From contig OZ244725.1 of assembly GCA_965219305.1 (NCBI GenBank), positions 2,003,706 to 2,067,705 on the forward strand: a stretch of 64,000 nucleotides of DNA. Direction: 5' to 3'. The translations under genes and the position numbers were made by a program. This document shows positions 9,073-18,018 of this stretch, one piece after another. Position 1 is the first letter of the stretch; the number at the start of each line of letters is the position of its first letter. Source of the stretch: Pyrinomonadaceae bacterium (lineage in GTDB: Bacteria > Acidobacteriota > Blastocatellia > Pyrinomonadales > Pyrinomonadaceae). A model generated the notes under the pieces. That model made no database searches. It saw only the letters and a program-made list of their open reading frames with translations, and was not told where the DNA came from.

Positions 9073-9855
9073 TCAGACGTAAATTTCGCCTTTCAAATAC
9101 AAAACCGCATTGCCGCCGATCCTCACGCGGTCGCCTTCGAGTTTACAAAAAAGTTCGCCGCCGCGTTGCGAAATTTGTCTGGCAGACATTTCAGTTTTGC
9201 CCAACTTTTCCGCCCAATATGGAATTAAATTGCAATGCGCCGAACCTGTCACGGGATCTTCGTAAACGCCGACTTCGGGCGCGAAAAATCTAGAAACAAA
9301 ATCACAATCATCGCCTTTTGCAGTAACAATTACCGCGTGCGTCGGAATTTTCAAAACATCTGCAAAATTCGGCTTGATGTCCGCAATTTCTTGTTCAGTT
9401 TCGTAAACCATAAAATAATCGCGCGATTTCAAAACCTCTTTCGGCTGTTTTCCGATTGCTTCGATTAAACCTTCGGGAATTTCGCACTCGACAGGCGGAC
9501 GCGACGGGAAATCCAACGTCAAAATATCGCCGTCTTTCTCGACTTTCAACTCGCCGCTTTTGTGAGAATGAAATTTCACCAAACTTTCTTCCGCTTTCAA
9601 ACATTCAAAAATTACAAACGCGCTCGCCAAAGTCGCGTGACCGCAAAGATCAATTTCAAACGACGGCGTAAACCAACGAATTTCATAAACGTCACCGCTT
9701 TTCACGAAAAACGCCGTCTCGCTCAAATTATTTTCGAGCGCGATTTTCTGCATCAATTCTGCATCAATCCACTCGTCAAGCGGACAAACCGCCGCCGGAT
9801 TTCCTTTAAAAACTTCCTTCGCAAATGCGTCAACTTGATAAATGTCCAACTTCAT
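9073..9855 (-). CDS. PhzF family isomerase
   Basis: 260 aa. The N-terminus MKLDIYQVDAFA…GNPAAV and …FFAP.VGV.EDPVTGSAH… are typical of PhzF/YddE. Confidence 0.85.
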   Translation of the reverse strand: MKLDIYQVDAFAKEVFKGNPAAVCPLDEWIDAELMQKIALENNLSETAFFVKSGDVYEIRWFTPSFEIDLCGHATLASAFVIFECLKAEESLVKFHSHKSGELKVEKDGDILTLDFPSRPPVECEIPEGLIEAIGKQPKEVLKSRDYFMVYETEQEIADIKPNFADVLKIPTHAVIVTAKGDDCDFVSRFFAPEVGVYEDPVTGSAHCNLIPYWAEKLGKTEMSARQISQRGGELFCKLEGDRVRIGGNAVLYLKGEIYV

Positions 9856-9867
9856 AAATTTATTTTT

Positions 9868-9986
9868 GCCGCGGATTACGCAGATTTCACGGATTAAAAT
9901 TGATTAATTAAAGATTCGTAGAATTTATCAATCACTCATTTTCAAAAACCTTCTTAAAATCCGCGTTCATCCGCGTAATCCGCGGC
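9868..9986. repeat. modular palindromic intergenic element (CGCGGAT-word family, mixed words)
   Basis: The left arm is gccgcggattacgcagatttcacggatt. The right arm is aatccgcgttcatccgcgtaatccgcggc. The centre is AT-rich. Confidence 0.85.
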
Positions 9987-10002
9987 TAAATTTCTTCATT
10001 TC

Positions 10003-10383
10003 TTACTCTTTCACCGCCGCAATCGCCTGAATTTCGATCTTCGTGCCGAAATGCAAATCCTTGACGGGAACAATCGCCCGCGCCGGTTTGTGTTCGCCTA
10101 AAATTCGTTTGTAAACTTCGTTCACCGCCGCCCAATCGTCCATTTCCGAAACATAAATCGTAAACTGCAAAACGTGATTCAAATCGCTGTTCGCTTCCAT
10201 CAAAATCGCTTCGACATTTCGCAAAGCGATTTCCGTCTGCAACTCAATCGCGCCCGTTTCGACTTCGCCCGTTGCGTGATTGATCGGCAATTGTCCCGAC
10301 ACAAAAATCAAGCCGTTATGCACAACGGCTGGCGAATAATGCCCTTTCGGTTCGGGGATATTTGGTAAATAAATTTTATTCAA
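10003..10383 (-). CDS. ridA: RidA/YjgF family reactive-intermediate deaminase
   Basis: 126 aa. Has …GHYSPAV…IFVSGQLP…PARA.V.V..L….IEI.A.A typical of YjgF/RidA. Confidence 0.85.
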   Translation of the reverse strand: MNKIYLPNIPEPKGHYSPAVVHNGLIFVSGQLPINHATGEVETGAIELQTEIALRNVEAILMEANSDLNHVLQFTIYVSEMDDWAAVNEVYKRILGEHKPARAIVPVKDLHFGTKIEIQAIAAVKE

Positions 10384-10724
10384 CTTAAATTCTCCAAAAT
10401 CTTTTCAATTTCCGTTTTCAAATTTCCCAGATCGTTTTGCGTAATGTTCCAAATGATTTCTAAATCAACTGTCGCATAACCGTGAATGATTCTATTTCGT
10501 GTCGCAATTATTTTTCGCCATTCGATTTGCGTTGTGTTTGAACGAAATTCTCTTGTCAGATTATTTGCCGCTTCGCCGATCACTTCGACGTTTCTGACAA
10601 CTGCGTCAATCAGCATCGAGTTATTTTGAAATTTCGCGTAATCAACATTTTGCAGATAAATTTCAATCTTGCCGATGCTTTCGAGAATATGTTGTAGATA
10701 AATTTTGCTGTCTTTATTTTCCAT
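10380..10724 (-). CDS. hepT: HepT-like (DUF86) RNase toxin
   Basis: 114 aa with the Rx4HxY motif (RNRIIHGY). Overlaps the upstream MntA-like gene. Confidence 0.85.
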   Translation of the reverse strand: MENKDSKIYLQHILESIGKIEIYLQNVDYAKFQNNSMLIDAVVRNVEVIGEAANNLTREFRSNTTQIEWRKIIATRNRIIHGYATVDLEIIWNITQNDLGNLKTEIEKILENLS

Positions 10725-11001
10725 AAAGCACCTCTAAATTTTTCAACACATTTTCCCGAACATACGGACTCAAACTGTTTTCCGTGACCAAATCAACTTT
10801 TCTGCCCAGCACATCTTCAATTTCCAAAGCCGCATCAACCCAATCAAATCCTTTCGGCTTTGAAAACCGCACGAGCAAATCAATATCGCTTTCTGCGGTC
10901 GCTTCGCCGCGTGCAAACGAACCGAAAACGGCGCAAAACTCAATATCGTTACGCTCGCAAATCTCGACGATTTTTTCTTTTTCGGCTGTTGCTAAATTCA
11001 T
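10714..11001 (-). CDS. mntA: MntA-like minimal nucleotidyltransferase antitoxin
   Basis: 95 aa with the GSFARGEATAESDIDLLV NTase motif (GS…DxD). Confidence 0.85.
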   Translation of the reverse strand: MNLATAEKEKIVEICERNDIEFCAVFGSFARGEATAESDIDLLVRFSKPKGFDWVDAALEIEDVLGRKVDLVTENSLSPYVRENVLKNLEVLYGK

Positions 11002-11013
11002 CTGTAATTCAAT

Positions 11014-11433
11014 TTATTCTTTTTTATCATCTGAATTTTCAACAAGTTTAACTTTTACTCCATTGAAAAGATCACCTGTTTTAATATCAACTTTTTCTTC
11101 AATATAGTAATAAGGTTTCCATTTTGAAATCATTATTTCGTTTTCATTAGTCCATCCCTCTGTTTTGTATCCATCAGGCAACTCATATTCAACCAAATTA
11201 TAATCTTGAAATTTTTCTGGAGTAATTGCCCAAAACGCCCTACTATAACCAGTTGCTCCATTATCATAGTGATAGACTATAATTCTAGATTCTCCATTCG
11301 GTGAAAGAGTGTTTTTAAGAAATATAGGATCTCCAAAACTGAATCGCCTTTCTAAAGATCTAAAAGAACTACATCCACTCATAAATGAAGAAAGCAAAAT
11401 AATAAGTGAAATGAAAAATACGAATTTTTTCAA
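11014..11433 (-). CDS. hypothetical lipoprotein
   Basis: 139 aa with a lipobox-like signal (LLSSFMSGCSS). Confidence 0.55.
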   Translation of the reverse strand: MKKFVFFISLIILLSSFMSGCSSFRSLERRFSFGDPIFLKNTLSPNGESRIIVYHYDNGATGYSRAFWAITPEKFQDYNLVEYELPDGYKTEGWTNENEIMISKWKPYYYIEEKVDIKTGDLFNGVKVKLVENSDDKKE

Positions 11434-11453
11434 AATTTTAACCTCTTATCTTT

Positions 11454-12896
11454 CTAACCAACGCTTCCTTCCAATTTCAATCCCAAAAGTTTCGTCGCTT
11501 CTACAGCGTATTCCATTGGTAATTCGCGGAAAACTTCTTTGCAGAAACCGTTGATGATGAGCGAAACCGCGTCTTCCTGCGAGATGCCGCGTTGTTGGAG
11601 ATAGAACAATTGCTCTTCGCTGATCTTGGAAGTCGTCGCTTCGTGTTCAACGCGCGCGGTGTTGTTCATCACCTCGATATACGGGAAAGTGTTTGCCTCG
11701 CAACTGCCGCCGATGAGCATCGAATCGCACTGCGTGTAATTTCTCGCGCCCGTCGCTTTCGGCATTACTTTGACCAGACCGCGGTACGAATTGTTCGATT
11801 TTCCGGCGGAAATTCCTTTTGAAATAATTGTTGATTTCGTGTTTTTGCCGAGATGAATCATCTTCGTTCCGGTGTCGGCGACCTGTGCGTTGTTGGTCAG
11901 CGCGACCGAGTAAAATTCGCCGATGGAATTGTCGCCCTGCAAAATCACCGACGGATATTTCCAGGTGATCGCGCTTCCGGTTTCAACCTGCGTCCACGAA
12001 ATTTTTGAATTTTTCCCGCGACACGCGCCGCGTTTGGTAACGAAATTATAAATGCCGCCTTTGCCCGATTCGTCGCCCGCATACCAATTCTGGACGGTCG
12101 AATATTTGATCTCCGCGTCGTCCAAAGCGACGAGTTCGACGACCGCCGCGTGCAATTGATTCGTATCGAACTGCGGCGCGGTACAGCCTTCGTTATAGGC
12201 GACGTAACCGCCTTCTTCGGCGACGATCAGCGTGCGTTCAAACTGTCCAGATTCCTGCGTGTTAATTCTAAAATAAGTCGAAAGTTCCATCGGACAGCGC
12301 ACGCCTTTCGGGATGAAAACGAACGAACCGTCCGAGAAAACCGCCGCGTTTAAAGCCGCGTAATAATTGTCCGACGAAGGCACGACCGAGCCGAGATATT
12401 TCTGAATCAGTTCGGGATAATCGGCAACCGCTTCGGTAAACGAACAGAAAATCACGCCCGCTTCGAGGAGCTTTTTCTTATAAGTCGTCGCCACCGAAAC
12501 CGAATCGAAAACCGCGTCAACCGCGACGTTCGCCAGCATTTTCTGTTCGGTGATCGGAATTCCCAACTTTTCAAAAGTCTTAATCAATTCGGGATCAACT
12601 TCGTCCAAACTCGCTTTCGTCGGTTTCTGTTTCGGCGCGGAATAATAACTCAAATTCTGAAAATCAATGTTCGGATAATCAAAATTCGCCCAATTGTCCG
12701 GCTGTTCCATTTTCAGCCAATGCCGATACGCTTTCAGACGAAAATCCAAAAGCCATTGCGGTTCGTTCTTTTTCGATGAGATCAATCGGACGACATCTTC
12801 CGACAAACCTTTCGGAATCGTTTCCGTTTCGATGTCGGTCGTAAAACCGTATTTATATTCCCGATTTGTTAGTAATTCTTGTGTTGCTGTTGACAT
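11454..12896 (-). CDS. sufB: Fe-S cluster assembly scaffold SufB
   Basis: 480 aa. The conserved SufB C-terminus is present (…[38 protein letters not shown]…). Confidence 0.95.
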   Translation of the reverse strand: MSTATQELLTNREYKYGFTTDIETETIPKGLSEDVVRLISSKKNEPQWLLDFRLKAYRHWLKMEQPDNWANFDYPNIDFQNLSYYSAPKQKPTKASLDEVDPELIKTFEKLGIPITEQKMLANVAVDAVFDSVSVATTYKKKLLEAGVIFCSFTEAVADYPELIQKYLGSVVPSSDNYYAALNAAVFSDGSFVFIPKGVRCPMELSTYFRINTQESGQFERTLIVAEEGGYVAYNEGCTAPQFDTNQLHAAVVELVALDDAEIKYSTVQNWYAGDESGKGGIYNFVTKRGACRGKNSKISWTQVETGSAITWKYPSVILQGDNSIGEFYSVALTNNAQVADTGTKMIHLGKNTKSTIISKGISAGKSNNSYRGLVKVMPKATGARNYTQCDSMLIGGSCEANTFPYIEVMNNTARVEHEATTSKISEEQLFYLQQRGISQEDAVSLIINGFCKEVFRELPMEYAVEATKLLGLKLEGSVG

Positions 12897-12915
12897 ATAA
12901 TTTTCGTAAAAACTT

Positions 12916-13401
12916 TTAGCTGTTTAAAACTTCTTTCCCGATCTTTCTTTCGTTTCGCTGTATCTGGTGAAACATCGCATCAACTTTGGCTTCTTCACCG
13001 ACCAGTTGCGCGAGAGTGATTTGCGACAGAGCTTCTTCGACGATTTCGTGTAAACCGACGATCACGGGACGAATTCCGCAATCGCCTTTATGAACACAGG
13101 ACTCCAAAATGCCCGTGTAGCTTTCGCAATGATTGCCGATTTCGTCTTCGTCCAAAATTTTGATGACTTCGCTCAGACGAATCTCACTCGCCGGACGCGC
13201 CAGAGAATAACCGCCTTTCGTTCCGCGAGTCGCCTGCACAAAACCGGCTTTATTTAAAAGCCACATCAACTTTCCTGCATTCGCCGCCGAAACTCCTTCG
13301 CGTTCGGCGATTTGCGGCAATGTTAAACTTTCGTCATCCTTTAATGTCGCCAATTGCACCAAGCATCTGAGTCCGTATTCTTCCTGTGCTGAAATCTTCA
13401 T
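12916..13401 (-). CDS. Rrf2 family transcriptional regulator (IscR/SufR-like, Cys-ligand type)
   Basis: 161 aa. Has an N-terminal winged HTH ([18 protein letters not shown]…) and three clustered Cys (C…C…..C). It heads the suf gene string. Confidence 0.85.
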   Translation of the reverse strand: MKISAQEEYGLRCLVQLATLKDDESLTLPQIAEREGVSAANAGKLMWLLNKAGFVQATRGTKGGYSLARPASEIRLSEVIKILDEDEIGNHCESYTGILESCVHKGDCGIRPVIVGLHEIVEEALSQITLAQLVGEEAKVDAMFHQIQRNERKIGKEVLNS

Positions 13402-13617
13402 CGTTTTTTACTCAATCAATTATTCTTATTAAGTAAATACAAGAATCTCAAATCTTTACTTTTATGTCAAGATTGTCGGATATGGTTAGTTTTCACAAAT
13501 CGGGAATGAGTTTGTCATTAAATATGTAATTAATAACGAGTTGAAAAACATCTTTACAAAGAGATTCATATAAATATAAAATCAATTGGCAGAATTTTTA
13601 CAAAAGGAGAAAATATT

Positions 13618-13977
13618 ATGGCAGACAAAAAGACGGACGAAGCGAAAAATCAGAAGGAAGACAACGAAAAAACCGGAAAATTTGCGGGCGCGGGCGCGGG
13701 CGTGATAGCCGGAGCGCAAGCCGGAACGGTTTTAATTCCGATTCCAATCGTCGGCACATTTACCGGCGCACTCGTCGGCGGAGTTCTCGGCAGTAAAGTC
13801 GGCAAAAAATACGGCGGCGCGATACTCGATAAGTTGAATTCCAACAAAGACAATGCTGCATCCAAGACAAAAACGGACGTAACTGCGGAACTTCAGAAAC
13901 TCGCCGAACTTCATAAACAAGGAGTTTTGGACGATGAAGAATTTAAAGCGGCGAAGGCTTCTTTGCTGAGTTTGTAA
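13618..13977 (+). CDS. Gly-rich membrane protein with C-terminal SHOCT domain
   Basis: 119 aa. Has AAGGAG 8 nt upstream, a Gly/Ala-rich hydrophobic core, and a SHOCT-like C-terminus (LQKLAELHKQGVLDDEEFKAAKASLL). Confidence 0.7.
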   Translation: MADKKTDEAKNQKEDNEKTGKFAGAGAGVIAGAQAGTVLIPIPIVGTFTGALVGGVLGSKVGKKYGGAILDKLNSNKDNAASKTKTDVTAELQKLAELHKQGVLDDEEFKAAKASLLSL

Positions 13978-13996
13978 TTTTGATTTCTTTAAAAAG

Positions 13997-14050
13997 GTTC
14001 GGAGTTCCGGTTTTCATAAAATAGCAAACCGGAACTCCGAACATTTTTTC
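13997..14050. terminator. bidirectional intrinsic terminator between convergent genes
   Basis: 16-bp stem (gttcggagttccggtt / aaccggaactccgaac), flanked by an A-run upstream and TTTTTT downstream. Confidence 0.75.
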
Positions 14051-14056
14051 TACTTT

Positions 14057-15790
14057 CTAAAAAGTTTTAGGAAAAGTCTTTTTAGTCAATTCTTCTCCCA
14101 CAACGACAACCGTGCCGTCAAATTTTCTGATCGGGAATCCGGTAAAAATCTCATTGTAGGTTTCCTTACAATTTTCAAGAAGCGCAATTGCTACTTTTTC
14201 ACCAAGATACATTCCTTCGACTCCGTCGGAACGCCAATGAACTCCTGCTGTATCACGTCCAATCGAGATATTCGCGGCAAGTTTATTGAGTTCATTTCCG
14301 AGAGTAAGATTTCCGCCCGAATAAGGTTCGAGTGAAAGACCGTCAGTCGAAGCAACTACGGGACTCGGAAGGACAAAATCTTCGTTGAAAAACGCTTTGA
14401 GAATGGTAATGCACGCACCCGCGATGGTCGCGTGTCCGGCGGGATAAGCCGGATGAGTCGGCGAACCTTCGGGATATGCCATCGGCAGCAAGTAAGAACC
14501 GTTTTGGTCAAATACTTTTGTTAAAACAGGAGAATTTAGAATCTTCTCGTTAATCGGATAGTTTGCCGCACCTGTTTTGTGATTGTGAATTCTGCCTGCC
14601 ATCGCTTCCGGGCGCAATCGGCGGTGCATATACCATTTATTAAACCACGCGGCTTTTAATGCGGAAAGTCCGGCACGGGAAACCATATCTAAAATATGCG
14701 GCGCACCGAATTGAACAAAACCGCCTTGTGTGCTGGAAGTAATGTAAGGATTAGAGACGCTCAGTGCCGCCTTACCGTATTGCAATAAAATCAGCGCGGC
14801 ATTCAAGTAAGCCTGAAAAGAATAATCAGTATGAACAAATGATCCGAGATCACAACCGTTGCGAAGGCAACGCTGCATCGGATCAAACATCACGCTCTCT
14901 GTCGGGTTTGCGCCGTTTTGAATGTTCAGCCACTCCGAATAAGAAGTCATAAAACTTTGCCCCGCAGTCGGAACTTTGAAAGTTTGCGAAATATTCGTTC
15001 CGCTGTATGGAACCGGTTTGTAAAGAAATTGTGAAATATAAGGTCCGGTCACATCGCCCGGAGTTTCACCGCGAAAAATTGTAGATGCCGTAACACCTCT
15101 AAAACGCGCAAAACGATTTAAATCAGTAACTGCTTCAGCAATTGTCGGATCGGTCGGATAATCCGAAAAAGCAACATCGCGCGTTACTGATTGCCAGTAA
15201 GTTTCCGCGATTTCTGCGGCTGCTTCTTCGCTGGCAAACTTGGGCGGCGCAGGTGCGGCATATTTGAACGAATCGGCTCCGTCAAGCACGAAGCTGAATG
15301 CAGCTTGCGGATTGGCGAGTTTTCTGGCTCCGCCGAGCGTTATATTTTCAAATGCGGTAGAATCGCCGGACTCTACGGCTTCGGCATAACTTTTGTATGT
15401 ATTTAAATCAACCTCTCCGAGCGAATTATGCGGTAATGTTTTACTAAAACTTGCAGTCTTATTGGAATACAAGATTTCGTCGCCGTTTCTTATGTGATTA
15501 CGAAAGTCAGTCGTAAGATAAGACCTTTCCGCCGCATCTCGTCTGATTTGCAAACTTAAAGAAGCCCGCTGACGCAATACGCGCGGATCAACATTGTTTC
15601 CAACTTCGATGCGATTCAGACGCGAAGTTTTCTGCCCGAATGTTTCTTTAGGTATATTAAATGCGCTTACAGCCGCTGCCGACAAACCGAATCCGGCGAG
15701 TTTACCTATAAAACTCCGGCGATTTGTTTTATTTGAATTATTTACATTATTTATATTTATATTGTTTTCTTCTAATTTCCTTTCTTTCAT
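14057..15790 (-). CDS. vanadium-dependent haloperoxidase / PAP2-superfamily protein with Tat signal
   Basis: 577 aa. Has a twin-arginine signal (NRRSFIGKLAGFG), PTHPAYPAGHATIAGA, and RDTAGVHWRSD, which match the PAP2/vanadate-binding His and Arg motifs. Confidence 0.75.
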   Translation of the reverse strand: MKERKLEENNININNVNNSNKTNRRSFIGKLAGFGLSAAAVSAFNIPKETFGQKTSRLNRIEVGNNVDPRVLRQRASLSLQIRRDAAERSYLTTDFRNHIRNGDEILYSNKTASFSKTLPHNSLGEVDLNTYKSYAEAVESGDSTAFENITLGGARKLANPQAAFSFVLDGADSFKYAAPAPPKFASEEAAAEIAETYWQSVTRDVAFSDYPTDPTIAEAVTDLNRFARFRGVTASTIFRGETPGDVTGPYISQFLYKPVPYSGTNISQTFKVPTAGQSFMTSYSEWLNIQNGANPTESVMFDPMQRCLRNGCDLGSFVHTDYSFQAYLNAALILLQYGKAALSVSNPYITSSTQGGFVQFGAPHILDMVSRAGLSALKAAWFNKWYMHRRLRPEAMAGRIHNHKTGAANYPINEKILNSPVLTKVFDQNGSYLLPMAYPEGSPTHPAYPAGHATIAGACITILKAFFNEDFVLPSPVVASTDGLSLEPYSGGNLTLGNELNKLAANISIGRDTAGVHWRSDGVEGMYLGEKVAIALLENCKETYNEIFTGFPIRKFDGTVVVVGEELTKKTFPKTF

Positions 15791-16129
15791 ATTTTATTCT
15801 GTAAATTCCCATTCAAACTTCGAATATGCTTGGTTAAGTTAAATTTATTGGGATATTTATTTTTATATTTATTTTTTATATTTATATTTTGATATAGATA
15901 TTTCTTTGTAAAAATATCCGTAACTTTATTTGAACAATTAATAATATACAGTATTTAAAGATGTTTTACAAAACTTCATAATGTTAAAAGTAATTTTACC
16001 AAATTAAATTTACGATTTTACTATCGCAGCTTCAAAAAAAGTTAATACTATTTGCAAGTTCTGTTATAAATTGACGTTCTCTGAAACAAAACGCTAGACA
16101 AGCGTATTTGACACAACAGAGAAAATTTT

Positions 16130-16732
16130 ATGAGTAAGTTTACAAATCCATTAAATAATATAAGAATTGCGAGTCCTTGTCCGGCAGATTGGAACCGGAT
16201 GGTCGGCGATAATCGGCAGAGACATTGCGGCGAATGTAAATTAAACGTCTATAATTTGTCTGGAATGACCAGAAGCGAAGCGGAAAATTTGATCTCGAAT
16301 TCAGAAGGTCGAATTTGTATGCGGATTTACAGACGCGCCGACGGAACTATTTTGACGAAAGATTGTCCGGTTGGCTGGCAAGCCGTCAAACAGAAAATTT
16401 CAAAAACGGCGGCGGCATTTGTATCTGTGATATTTGCGATTTTGAGCGGAATCGGTATAACGAGTTATTTCAATAATTTAGATAATTCGAGAACAATGGG
16501 AACGATTATATTTGAAAACCCGAATCCGCCCATATACGATGATTTCTCACAACCGGGTGAGATTAAGCCGAGAACAGAAAAAATCAAACCAATGATGGGA
16601 AATATCGCAGTTGACACACCGAATGAAAATTATTCAGATTATGAAATGGGAGAAATGTTGTCGAAAGATTTATCGTCTAACAGCAACACTAAAATTGTAG
16701 AAAAAAGTATAAAAATTCGTAAAAAGTATTAG
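16130..16732 (+). CDS. hypothetical membrane-anchored protein with Cys-rich N-terminal domain
   Basis: 200 aa. Has the pattern CP…HCGECKLNVYNLSGMT…C…DCP, then one TM helix. Confidence 0.55.
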   Translation: MSKFTNPLNNIRIASPCPADWNRMVGDNRQRHCGECKLNVYNLSGMTRSEAENLISNSEGRICMRIYRRADGTILTKDCPVGWQAVKQKISKTAAAFVSVIFAILSGIGITSYFNNLDNSRTMGTIIFENPNPPIYDDFSQPGEIKPRTEKIKPMMGNIAVDTPNENYSDYEMGEMLSKDLSSNSNTKIVEKSIKIRKKY

Positions 16733-16741
16733 ATAAAAAAA

Positions 16742-16779
16742 AGAATCGCCAAGTTAGAAGTTAACTTGGCGATTCTTTT
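16742..16779. terminator. bidirectional intrinsic terminator
   Basis: The stem is agaatcgccaagtt / aacttggcgattct. It is flanked by AAAAAA and TTTT, between convergent genes. Confidence 0.7.
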
Positions 16780-16824
16780 CTCAAAATGTAGAAAATAAAG
16801 AATAACTTTGTCAGCAACCGCTTT

Positions 16825-17928
16825 TTATTTTTTCACGAAATAACCCTGTCTGGCGTGAAGCCGCAAATTTGCCGGATTTTGCAGACTGACATCGAGATTT
16901 ACGTATTTATTATCTGGAAAATCGGTTTCCGAGTAATATTGTACGAGATATTGCGCTTGCAATTCATTGGCGAGTTGATTAAAAATCTTTTCCAAAACTT
17001 CTGCATTTTTACGCATATTTCCCGTATTTTGCAATTGATCTTTCGTATCAATCGGCTGAAATTTCGGCAAAAAAGCCGTTCCGCCGGTTTCATCGGCAAA
17101 TCTCTGCATATTGCTTTGCCCGAATTGGCTGATTTTGTTTAATTGATAAGAACTGCCCGCCGGATTTATCGAATAAAAAACAGTGTCGGCATTTTGCAGA
17201 TTTTTTAACACTTTATTTTGTTCTTCTATTTTTGCCTCGTCAATCGCTTTTACGCGGACGGTTTTTAATTTTTCAAGCGACATCTTGCCGCTCATAACAC
17301 TTCTCTCGGCATTCCACATCGCTTCTACAATTCCTTTGCTGTTAGTGTCTTCGCCGTCGGAGATTACGACGATGACTTTTCTTCTTCCGGGCGGCGTGTT
17401 TTTCTGCAGATAATTTGCCGCCGTCGAGACAGAATCGTAAAAAGCTGTCTGCTGTGTTGTCGGGACAATTGCCTGAATGACTACTCCGGTGTGATCCGCC
17501 GTGTCGCTCCCTCTCAACAAAACCGGACGTGCGCCGACAGTATAAATCGTCGCTCGATCGGCGGGACGCATTACATCTTTTAAGAATTTTGCGGCAGTCT
17601 TTTGCTGAAATTGGAACATCGCGTCGGTGCTTGCCGAAACGTCAAATAAAATCGCAATTTCCAGAGGAACTTTGTCAGCGGCGGAAACTTGCTCAACTTT
17701 TTGAATTTTTCTATCTTCGAAAACGCGGAAATCTTTTGCCGCTAATCCCGTCACCGGCTGACCGTTTGTATCCGTTACCGAAACCGGAATTACTACTAGC
17801 CGTGAATCGAATTTAATGACTTCGCCGTCATCTTCGACCGGCAGAGGCGGCGGCGGCGGAACTTGTCCGAAGATCGTGATGGAAAAAAGAATTATAGCGA
17901 ATAGCGAAAAAATGATTGGTTTTTTCAT
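16825..17928 (-). CDS. VWA-domain protein of the acidobacterial VWFA-related type
   Basis: Has a signal peptide (MKKPIIFSLFAIILFSITIFGQ), a poly-Pro stretch, then the N-terminal module …FRVFEDRK.Q.V… and the VWA motif DVSAS. The start is set at the second Met. Confidence 0.8.
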   Translation of the reverse strand: MKKPIIFSLFAIILFSITIFGQVPPPPPLPVEDDGEVIKFDSRLVVIPVSVTDTNGQPVTGLAAKDFRVFEDRKIQKVEQVSAADKVPLEIAILFDVSASTDAMFQFQQKTAAKFLKDVMRPADRATIYTVGARPVLLRGSDTADHTGVVIQAIVPTTQQTAFYDSVSTAANYLQKNTPPGRRKVIVVISDGEDTNSKGIVEAMWNAERSVMSGKMSLEKLKTVRVKAIDEAKIEEQNKVLKNLQNADTVFYSINPAGSSYQLNKISQFGQSNMQRFADETGGTAFLPKFQPIDTKDQLQNTGNMRKNAEVLEKIFNQLANELQAQYLVQYYSETDFPDNKYVNLDVSLQNPANLRLHARQGYFVKK

Positions 17929-17947
17929 AGCAGTTTTGTAAATCAAT

Positions 17948-17991
17948 GCAAAAGGCAAAAGTAACTTTTTTATGATTACTTTTGCCTTTTG
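17948..17991. repeat. perfect 16-bp-stem hairpin between the OmpA-like and VWA genes
   Basis: caaaaggcaaaagtaa … ttacttttgccttttg. Confidence 0.6.
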
Positions 17992-18018
17992 TTGTTTGCT
18001 TTCTTTTTATTTTAACGA

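Noticed and set aside
13681-13700. GCGGGC x3 micro-repeat
   Set aside because: It is in-frame (6-nt unit) and simply encodes the Gly/Ala-rich segment of the SHOCT membrane protein.
15791-16129. AT-rich region with TATTTATATTT-type repeats. Could it be an origin or a mobile element end?
   Set aside because: This is a divergent promoter region between two genes. It contains only low-complexity A/T tracts, with no phased repeats, DnaA-box-like motifs or inverted termini that I could see.
17839-17856. GGC/GCC trinucleotide run, also at 58679-58691
   Set aside because: These are triplet repeats encoding poly-Pro (VWA protein) and poly-Gly (DUF4097 protein). They are frame-neutral and not a switch.
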